Shown here: positions 58,037-64,000 of the stretch, piece by piece | How the letters are laid out: each line of letters begins with the position of its first letter | How positions within the stretch are numbered: position 1 is the stretch's first letter | Source: Patescibacteria group bacterium | GTDB lineage: Bacteria > Patescibacteriota > Saccharimonadia > UBA4664 | Assembly: GCA_028288925.1 (NCBI GenBank) | Contig: JAQGHG010000003.1 | Location: 30,500-94,499 of the forward strand | DNA length: 64,000 bases | Direction of reading: 5' to 3' | Notes under the pieces: generated by a model | Databases searched by the model: none | What the model was told of the DNA's origin: nothing | Seen by the model: the letters and a program-made list of their open reading frames with translations, nothing else | Translations under genes and position numbers: made by a program

Positions 58037-58657
58037 ATGTCACCAGATATGTCACCCCACTTCCTCGCGCCAAACAACCCCCTCCTGGCATCAGTTGCAC
58101 CGGCAATATCGCCAGGTGAGATTAGTGGTGGGGAAGTGCGCGGTATCATCGAACGCCTACTATCCATAGCCTACGGCGAGCAGTCGGACCGGGCCAAGCC
58201 GATTCTGGTAGGCCTGGCCGCGCCGCAGGTCGGCATCGCCCGGCGCATCATCCTGGTAGACGTAGCCGCCGAGGGCCACGGTAGCGTCGGCGACTTAAGG
58301 GTATACATCAACCCCGAAATCATCTGGCAATCCCCGGAAGAGGCCGAGTGGTACGAGGGCTGCTACTCCACCGGCCGGGTGTGCGGCGTGGTATCGCGCC
58401 CCACCAAGATCCGCATCAAAGCTCTAAGCCCCAGTGGCGAGCCGGTCGAAGAAACTCACAGCGGCTACACCGCCCGAATCTTCCAGCACGAAATCGACCA
58501 TCTCAACGGCGCCGAATTTGTCTCGCGCATCACCGACGACGCCAAACTCCACTGGGTAGAACCCAGCCAATTCCCCGAATACCGCGACAACGAAGGCTGG
58601 CGCCATTGGCCCCACAAATGCTCGCGCGAACGCTGGAATAGCATCAAAGGCGCTTAA
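58037..58657 (+). CDS. def: Peptide deformylase with an N-terminal extension.
   Basis: GLAAPQVG, EGCYS and HEIDHLNG motifs. Confidence 0.85.
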   Translation: MSPDMSPHFLAPNNPLLASVAPAISPGEISGGEVRGIIERLLSIAYGEQSDRAKPILVGLAAPQVGIARRIILVDVAAEGHGSVGDLRVYINPEIIWQSPEEAEWYEGCYSTGRVCGVVSRPTKIRIKALSPSGEPVEETHSGYTARIFQHEIDHLNGAEFVSRITDDAKLHWVEPSQFPEYRDNEGWRHWPHKCSRERWNSIKGA

Positions 58658-58671
58658 AAAACTTTACGATA

Positions 58672-58698
58672 TAAAAAGAAGCCCGGGATCGTCCCGGG
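58672..58698 (-). terminator. Intrinsic terminator for the minus-strand tRNA transcript (CCCGGGA-tcg-TCCCGGG, then a U-run on the minus strand).
   Basis: Hairpin at 58682-58698. The plus-strand A-run at 58673-58680 becomes the U-run on the minus strand. Confidence 0.6.
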
Positions 58699-58822
58699 TA
58701 CCGCCTAGCCGAACCCTTCAAAGCCGTGGATTGTTTAAAGAACGTAAGCCTACGATGCCATTAGATAAAGTGCTCACAATGGCATTTCACAATAAGAGCG
58801 GTTTTAAAAACCAAATAATTCC

Positions 58823-58899
58823 TGGTGGGCCCGGCAGGACTTGAACCTGCGACCAAGCGGTTATGAGCCGCCTGCTCTAACCAACTGAGCTACGGGCCC
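58823..58899 (-). tRNA. tRNA with anticodon CAT, most like tRNA-Ile2 (lysidine type, ileX-like).
   Basis: Reverse complement GGGCCCGTAGCTCAGTTGGTTAGAGCAGGCGGCTCATAACCGCTTGGTCGCAGGTTCAAGTCCTGCCGGGCCCACCA. Strong resemblance to E. coli ileX through the anticodon and T arms. Confidence 0.85.
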
Positions 58900-58934
58900 C
58901 CATAATGCGGGGCAAGTATATTATACTTACGACA

Positions 58935-59741
58935 ATGAAGCTGCGCCATCTGATAATACCACTAGCTCTCGGGGCTTTCCTGAGCCTCGCGCCGCGTCCG
59001 GCCGCCGCTGCTAGCGAAGCCGTTGCCAATATAGCCGTTACGGCGCATCTAGACAAGGCCGGCTCCCTCGACATCACCGAGGCGATCGATTACGACTTCG
59101 GCGATACCGCTCCCCACGACGTCATCCACGGCGTGCCTTTGTCCTACCACGATGATCAGGGCAACAACTTCAACCTCACCTTTAAGCTGCTCTCCGCCAC
59201 CCGGGACGGCGCGCCCCTGCGTGATGCCGCGGCCGCCGACTCAAACGCCGTTCACTTCAATCTCCCCTCCGGATCAGCCGCGGGCACGCGCCACTACGAG
59301 CTGCACTATACGCTCGCCCCAGTGGTCTTCCATGGCGACACGCACGACATCTTCAAACACAACATCACCGGGCTGAGCTGGGCCGTGCCGGTCAACCAGG
59401 TTTCGTTCAAGCTCGACAGCCCCGGCCTCGTATCGGCCGACCTCACCTGCCTCACCGGCGCTCAGGGATCCACCTCTAGCAGCTGCCAGACGTCCCAGGA
59501 CGGAGATCTGCTCACTGTCACGGCCACCGCCCCCATCCCAGCCGGCGAGACCCTCAGTGCCTACTGCAGCTTCCCTCACGATTCCTTCGGTCGTTATCTT
59601 GAGCTAGCCAGGAACCCGCTGGCCTGGCTGCCTTTGGCGCTTGTAGGCCTCGTAGCCGCCGCCTTCCTAGCTATCATCATCACCGGCATCGTCTTCCTGA
59701 TCCGCCGTCATATGCAGCCGCCGGCGCCCCCCGAGTCCTGA
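58935..59741 (+). CDS. Hypothetical exported protein with a C-terminal TM anchor.
   Basis: Signal peptide MKLRHLIIPLALGAFLSLAPRPAAA and a C-terminal helix LVGLVAAAFLAIIITGIVFLI. Confidence 0.5.
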   Translation: MKLRHLIIPLALGAFLSLAPRPAAAASEAVANIAVTAHLDKAGSLDITEAIDYDFGDTAPHDVIHGVPLSYHDDQGNNFNLTFKLLSATRDGAPLRDAAAADSNAVHFNLPSGSAAGTRHYELHYTLAPVVFHGDTHDIFKHNITGLSWAVPVNQVSFKLDSPGLVSADLTCLTGAQGSTSSSCQTSQDGDLLTVTATAPIPAGETLSAYCSFPHDSFGRYLELARNPLAWLPLALVGLVAAAFLAIIITGIVFLIRRHMQPPAPPES

Positions 59742-59754
59742 TATACTAAAACCA

Positions 59755-60156
59755 ATGAAGATCCCCAAACTCCCCCAGCTCAGGCTCACCCTCTCGAGCG
59801 TCGTAAATGTCGTGGGCGTGGCTATCATTGCCTACCTGCTGGTCGTCTTGGCCCAGACCGTCAAGCACAACTACGACATGGGCCGCCAGATCGAAGACCT
59901 CAAGTCGCAAATCACCCTGCTCCAGGATCAAAAAGATTCCCTGGCCTACAGCATCCAGTACTACAAGACCGACTCCTTCCGCGAACGCGAAGCCCGCTCC
60001 AAGCTCGGCCTCCAGCTCCCGGGCGAAAACGTCGTAATCGTGCCCCACGCCAGCTCCACCCCGGCTCTCAATCCCTCCGACACCACCAAACGGCCGCTCG
60101 GTCCACGCTCAAATTTTCAGCAATGGCTCGACTTCCTCACCGGCCGCGACAGCTAG
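59755..60156 (+). CDS. FtsB/DivIC-like septum-formation initiator.
   Basis: Single TM helix plus a coiled coil (IEDLKSQITLLQDQKDSL). Confidence 0.6.
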   Translation: MKIPKLPQLRLTLSSVVNVVGVAIIAYLLVVLAQTVKHNYDMGRQIEDLKSQITLLQDQKDSLAYSIQYYKTDSFREREARSKLGLQLPGENVVIVPHASSTPALNPSDTTKRPLGPRSNFQQWLDFLTGRDS

Positions 60157-60170
60157 CGATCCCGTCAACA

Positions 60171-60199
60171 GTTGACCGGGGCCTCCCAATCTGGTAAAT
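60171..60199 (+). promoter_or_regulatory. Promoter TTGACC-N17-TAAATT for the initiator tRNA.
   Basis: ttgacc at 60171-60176, taaatt about 12 nt upstream of the tRNA 5' end. Confidence 0.4.
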
Positions 60200-60211
60200 T
60201 ATAGCTTGTTG

Positions 60212-60289
60212 CCGCGGGGTGGAGCAGATGGATTAGCTCGCTGGGCTCATAACCCAGAGGTCGTAGGTTCAAGTCCTACCCCCGCTACC
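60212..60289 (+). tRNA. Initiator tRNA-fMet (CAT).
   Basis: CGCGGGGTGGAGCAG...CTGGGCTCATAACCCAG... closely parallels E. coli tRNA-fMet. Three G-C pairs in the anticodon stem, a C1-U72 mismatch, and encoded CCA. Confidence 0.9.
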
Positions 60290-60311
60290 AGAAATTATCC
60301 ACACACAAAAG

Positions 60312-60359
60312 GAGGCCCCTGCGGCCTCCTTTGCATAGGTGCCTCGTACCGTTATAATA
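60312..60359 (+). promoter_or_regulatory. Terminator hairpin (GGAGGCC-cctgc-GGCCTCC-TTT) immediately followed by promoter TTGCAT-N16-TATAAT for the next tRNA.
   Basis: Hairpin at 60312-60333. ttgcat at 60332-60337 and tataat at 60354-60359. Confidence 0.55.
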
Positions 60360-60375
60360 CTCAAAGTCAAAGCCT

Positions 60376-60450
60376 GGCTGCGTAGCTCAGTGGTAGAGCA
60401 GGAGACTCATAAGCTCTTGGTCGGTAGTTCGAATCTACCCGTAGCCACCA
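60376..60450 (+). tRNA. Elongator tRNA-Met (CAT).
   Basis: GGCTGCG...CGTAGCCACCA acceptor as in E. coli elongator tRNA-Met. Anticodon loop CTCATAA. An A31-G39 mismatch is noted in the anticodon stem. Confidence 0.85.
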
Positions 60451-61945
60451 TTTTGGATTTATCACCCGCCACATCGGCGGAAAGTTGGAAGTTAAGCCCT
60501 AAAGTGGCAGTTCTAAAACCATTCCCGAAGTCATAGGTAATACCGTCCGGGAAAACCATTTTTTGGAACCGCTGCTTGTCCTCGACCGTCGCCTCACGCC
60601 AAAAGCGGACCGGATCAGCCATAAAACCGATCGCCATATCGACAATCTGCCGCTTGTTGGCTTCGTCGTTTTTAAGCTCGCGTTTTTCTTCTTCAAGCTG
60701 CTCTCGCTGGCGTTTTAGGCGTTGGTGTTTGTCGCGCCCCATTTGGGCATCTAGCTTGTTATCGACAATCATATCCGTAACCGTAATGGCCGTAGCGTCG
60801 ATGCCGTCCAGCTCACGGTCAATCGCCTTGCGGCGCTCAAACGCTTCTCGGTATTCCTGGTTCCAGCGCCGTAGAACTACCTCACGGTAGAGCCTCAGTG
60901 AGCCTTCGGTGGGTGTAGCGGCCGCAAGTTGTGCTTCAAACTGCTCGTGCATAACATCGTTGGCGATGCTTGTTATCTTGCCGGTTACAGATTTGCGGCA
61001 CTTTGGGCAGTTATAGCGCATATAGTAGGCACCTGAACTGCCTCGTGGTGCCGAGCCGGTAATACTGCTGTCGCAGTCGCCGCACCGCAACGCCTTACCG
61101 CGTAGAGGCCAGTGCTCGTTACGCTTGGCATATGGCGTTATAGCTTTCTTGCGGCCGCTCAAGATGGCTTGTATCGCCTTGTGATCGCCAACACTAATTA
61201 ACGGCGGGTGAATGCCGTCTACGTCCCCATCGACCATCGAGGAGCGTACTATTCCGGCATAAATGGGGTTGCGCAACATATTGCAGATTGTCTGCTGGGT
61301 AAACGGCTTGCCGGTTCGACCGACCAGTCCTATGGACGCCGCCAGCTTTGCAGCATCTTTCTGAGTATATTTTCCGGTTCGGAACTCTAGCAGGAGCTTT
61401 TTAACCAGGCCCGCCTGCTCGTTTGGCTCCAACGTAGCACGCTTCTGAGGGTCTTTTACGGCCCGGTAGCCGGTGGGCGGGGAGAAGGGCCAGCAACCTT
61501 CCTCAACGCTGGCTGTCATACCAGCCGAACAGCGCAACGATCTAATATCATTATCAAACTCGGCGAATATTGCCAGAGTGCCTTCAATGAGCTTGCCGGT
61601 TGGCGTTTCATCAATCTGCTCCGTCGCGGAGCGGAGCTTGACCCCATAACCAGCAAGCAACTTCCTTACCGCAAAGTGATCCCCGGCATTGCGGGCGAAT
61701 CGGTCAAGCTTCCAAACAATGACCACATCAAGGTCACGACGATGCTTAATGGAATGCAGGATCATTTTCTGGAATTGTGAGCGTTGATCGGTCTTAGCCG
61801 ACTCACCTTCTTCGACGAACACCGCCTGCACCAAGAGCCCCTTGCCCTCTGCGTAGGCCTGGCAATCCTTGAGCTGGTTTTCAAGGCTATACCCGTCAAC
61901 CTGCTCTTTGCTGGAAACTCTCGTGTAAATAACTGCGGTTCTCAT
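60407..61945 (-). CDS. Large serine recombinase (resolvase catalytic domain, recombinase domain and zinc ribbon).
   Basis: MRTAVIYTRVSSKEQ (catalytic Ser), CGDCDS...CPKC zinc ribbon, and a C-terminal coiled coil. The 3' end overlaps the tRNA-Met gene. Confidence 0.85.
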   Translation of the reverse strand: MRTAVIYTRVSSKEQVDGYSLENQLKDCQAYAEGKGLLVQAVFVEEGESAKTDQRSQFQKMILHSIKHRRDLDVVIVWKLDRFARNAGDHFAVRKLLAGYGVKLRSATEQIDETPTGKLIEGTLAIFAEFDNDIRSLRCSAGMTASVEEGCWPFSPPTGYRAVKDPQKRATLEPNEQAGLVKKLLLEFRTGKYTQKDAAKLAASIGLVGRTGKPFTQQTICNMLRNPIYAGIVRSSMVDGDVDGIHPPLISVGDHKAIQAILSGRKKAITPYAKRNEHWPLRGKALRCGDCDSSITGSAPRGSSGAYYMRYNCPKCRKSVTGKITSIANDVMHEQFEAQLAAATPTEGSLRLYREVVLRRWNQEYREAFERRKAIDRELDGIDATAITVTDMIVDNKLDAQMGRDKHQRLKRQREQLEEEKRELKNDEANKRQIVDMAIGFMADPVRFWREATVEDKQRFQKMVFPDGITYDFGNGFRTATLGLNFQLSADVAGDKSKMVATGRFELPTKSL

Positions 61946-61986
61946 AGAAGCCTCGGACTCAATTTTCCCACGTGTATCTGTAGCCA

Positions 61987-62211
61987 TCAAGAAACCTTCG
62001 TGGATTTTAGAACTGCGTCTGCCCGCCGCAAGTTAACGCCTGCTACGAAGTCTAGCTCTATGATCTGGCGTTCAACTTCCTCATCAGTACGACCCTCGGC
62101 TTCTTTGCCAAGCAGCTTCCGAGCTTCTTTAATGGTAATGATTAACCCACCGTCTCTAACCGAACTCGCCATAACAGTTATTCCGGGCCAGACCCGCTGA
62201 CTGCTCAACAA
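61987..62211 (-). CDS. Small hypothetical protein (74 aa) immediately upstream of the serine recombinase; possible accessory or regulatory factor.
   Basis: ORF with a 4-nt overlap to the recombinase ORF. No recognised motif. Confidence 0.35.
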   Translation of the reverse strand: MLSSQRVWPGITVMASSVRDGGLIITIKEARKLLGKEAEGRTDEEVERQIIELDFVAGVNLRRADAVLKSTKVS

Positions 62212-62312
62212 AAAAATACGCTGAAACAGCCAGTAAGTACCTGGCGGCCGGGTTTACCCAGCTCTGTTTCAGCGTTAGATCGCTTTGGTTAATACTTTAG
62301 ATGTACGAGCCA

Positions 62313-62723
62313 TTATAAACCGAGACGGGGCTGATGCCCAACCTCATACCTAATGTGCTCCACGGCAGCACCCAATTGCTCTAATGCGGGCGTTAGCACT
62401 GTGAGCCTATGGCATTTCTCGGGTGCCGCCTCGGAACACAGCAGCACGATCCGCTCGGCCGCTGCCAGCTCGTATACGGCCGCGAGCGTCTCCTCGTATT
62501 CGACATTCTCGCCCAGCCCACCCAAGTTTGCCCCGCGCCAGTCGTAATTGATGTCGTGGTCAGCAAGGAACTGTGCCAGCCGATCACGGTTGAAGTGCGG
62601 GTGCCATCGTGAGTACGGCTTGGTGCGTACGTCTACAAGCCGGTCGATGCCGTAAGATTGCAGCCGCTCCAACACTTCCTCGGCCGAGCGTACGCTGTGG
62701 CCGATAGTCCAAATCGTCCTCAC
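62313..62723 (-). CDS. DUF488-family protein.
   Basis: N-terminal MRTIWTIGHSVRSAEE... pattern typical of DUF488. Confidence 0.65.
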   Translation of the reverse strand: MRTIWTIGHSVRSAEEVLERLQSYGIDRLVDVRTKPYSRWHPHFNRDRLAQFLADHDINYDWRGANLGGLGENVEYEETLAAVYELAAAERIVLLCSEAAPEKCHRLTVLTPALEQLGAAVEHIRYEVGHQPRLGL

Positions 62724-62982
62724 AACGCTAGTTCCTGTAATGATGATTTTAGGAAGTTGGCGCCGTTTTTAACTGTATGGGTACAACCGATACACTGACG
62801 AAGTGACACCGAACGCAATCTTGGCAAACTACCACTTTTACGCTGCACAGTGCAGGGTTTTTGCAACCATATCTGCCTTAAAAAGACCCGAACACCCTGC
62901 ACGATTCCCCGTGTCTTCTGGTTGCATACAGCAATACTTTTGCAGCTTTTTACCCTGGGCAGCCGCCCGAACACCGCCGCCA

Positions 62983-63897
62983 TTAGAAGTTCACTCCTGC
63001 AAACGTTCTGTAATACCGTGGTAAATCGTCTGTATGCTTCACCCCGTCCCAATACACCTGCAACGTTTCGATATTACGGTGGCGCGTGTATCTTGCCACC
63101 TCTAGTAGATCGCCCTTGTACTCCTTGATGAGCTGGGTGGTGAAGTAGTGGCGTAGGCCGTGGGTGGTTTTCTCTATCCCTAGCTCGGCTAAACACAGCT
63201 GCACGAGATTGCGGACTGAGCGCGTCGTTAGCCGGCAATTTAAGCTGTTATGGCTGCGGCTAGTAAATAGGGGGCCATCAGCCACTCGGTTGGCTTTGAG
63301 GTGCTCTCTAAGCGAGCGTACCGTTTCCGGGTGCAGATAGACGGGTTCGGTATCGTCCCGGCCCTTACCGCGCACGTGAGCTATGCCACGCGCAAGCTCC
63401 AAATCTTTTACGTCTAGTCGGGTAACTTCGATCTGGCGCAAGCCCTGCAGCGCGAGCAGGCTGATGATGGCCTTCAAGCGAGCATTCTCGACCGTATCTG
63501 GCAGCTGGCGTAGCATATCGGCTAGCTCTTGCACCTCGACCTTCGTTAATCCGTCGCGCTTGTGTCGCTTGCCCTGGGCGAACCCTTTGACGTTCTGGGT
63601 GATGTCGGCCGGCAGTACGCCTTGGCGGTTCAGCTCCTTGAGCCAGATACGAGCAACGGCAAGATGCTTATTCTTGGTGCTCGCAGCGAGGTCGGTGCGG
63701 TTGGCTAGCCACCGCTTGTAGTCAAGAAAACTATTCCGGTTCAGGCCGCCACCTTCGATGAAGTGCAGGAATGAACCTATACGAGCCTGGTAGTCGGCAC
63801 GGGTGGCTTCACTCACGTCCAGACGCTCGAAGATGGCTTCTGTCGCCCAGCTGGACTGGGCCGCGAGGTGCATATTGGGGGACTGCATTAATTGCAT
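62983..63897 (-). CDS. Tyrosine-type site-specific recombinase / integrase.
   Basis: ATG at 63895-63897 with GGGAG 7 nt upstream. C-terminal catalytic residues HGLRHYF...RYTRH...LQVYWD (R-H-R-Y). Confidence 0.85.
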   Translation of the reverse strand: MQLMQSPNMHLAAQSSWATEAIFERLDVSEATRADYQARIGSFLHFIEGGGLNRNSFLDYKRWLANRTDLAASTKNKHLAVARIWLKELNRQGVLPADITQNVKGFAQGKRHKRDGLTKVEVQELADMLRQLPDTVENARLKAIISLLALQGLRQIEVTRLDVKDLELARGIAHVRGKGRDDTEPVYLHPETVRSLREHLKANRVADGPLFTSRSHNSLNCRLTTRSVRNLVQLCLAELGIEKTTHGLRHYFTTQLIKEYKGDLLEVARYTRHRNIETLQVYWDGVKHTDDLPRYYRTFAGVNF

Positions 63898-63915
63898 TTT
63901 GTGGCTCCCTAAAGC

Positions 63916-63968
63916 CAAATAACTGTACTTATATTTTATCAGACGAGCTACCTTTGTACAGTTATTTG
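63916..63968. repeat. Perfect 13-bp inverted repeat CAAATAACTGTAC...GTACAGTTATTTG with a 27-nt AT-rich spacer, 20-70 nt upstream of the integrase start.
   Basis: Read directly: 63916-63928 and 63956-63968 are exact reverse complements. Confidence 0.8.
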
Positions 63969-64000
63969 AGGCCGGAGTATACTTACCCCGGAGGCGTTAT

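Larger units (their letters stand above)
60376..64000. mobile_element. Left end of an integrated mobile element inserted at the tRNA-Met 3' end, carrying a large serine recombinase, DUF488 and a tyrosine integrase. It continues beyond the window.
   Basis: The recombinase ORF reads into the tRNA 3' half (C-terminal ...GRFELPTKSL). Two site-specific recombinases are present. Inverted repeats sit in the integrase promoter region. Confidence 0.65.

Noticed and set aside
62720-63052. 110-aa minus-strand ORF between DUF488 and the integrase.
   Set aside because: It overlaps the integrase 3' end and the repeat-rich intergenic region and has low-complexity R/K/C-rich composition. It is more likely a non-coding regulatory or att region.

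Overview
The window is a compact, high-GC (about 60% by eye) bacterial chromosomal segment with short intergenic gaps, many 4-nt gene overlaps and strong GGAGG-type Shine-Dalgarno sites. Several promoters fit TTGACA-N17/18-TAnnnT. Gene content left to right: (1) a cell-envelope polysaccharide locus: secreted NodB deacetylase with three 50-aa tandem repeats, YdcF/DUF218, GtrA, nucleotidyltransferase, GT2, two tandem IMPase-family paralogs, rmlB-C-D-A, manC-like and glmS; (2) a secreted NHL-repeat/SGNH hydrolase, a VanW-family protein and lexA; (3) a beta-lactamase-family gene disrupted by one in-frame TAA stop, co-operonic with radC and an uncharacterised 328-aa protein; (4) small housekeeping hydrolases (TadA-like deaminase, LLM oxidoreductase, CFA synthase, HD, DHH, DJ-1/PfpI, Nudix, HD, S51 peptidase, P-loop NTPase), the last four in a lower-GC islet abutting tRNA-Asn; (5) a threonine-dehydratase-like gene preceded by a leader that ends in a strong intrinsic terminator; (6) a two-component system plus FtsX/ABC plus DUF5666-like exported-protein module, with a convergent ABC exporter; (7) an HTH (excisionase-like) protein with a large unknown C-terminal domain, a malic enzyme and an RRM RNA-binding protein; (8) an F1F0 ATP synthase operon (b, delta, alpha, gamma, beta, epsilon; no a or c subunit in cis) with Pro/Ala-rich extensions on alpha and beta; (9) ABC-2 transporter, Gfo/Idh/MocA oxidoreductase, DsbA-like protein, OtsA-OtsB fusion and peptide deformylase; (10) three CAT-anticodon tRNAs (Ile2, initiator Met, elongator Met). 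An integrative mobile element begins at the elongator tRNA-Met: its large serine recombinase ORF runs into the tRNA 3' end, followed by a DUF488 gene and a tyrosine integrase with a perfect 13-bp inverted repeat in its promoter region. The element continues past the window end. No rRNA or CRISPR array was seen. Everything is inferred by eye from motifs; no searches or computations were run.
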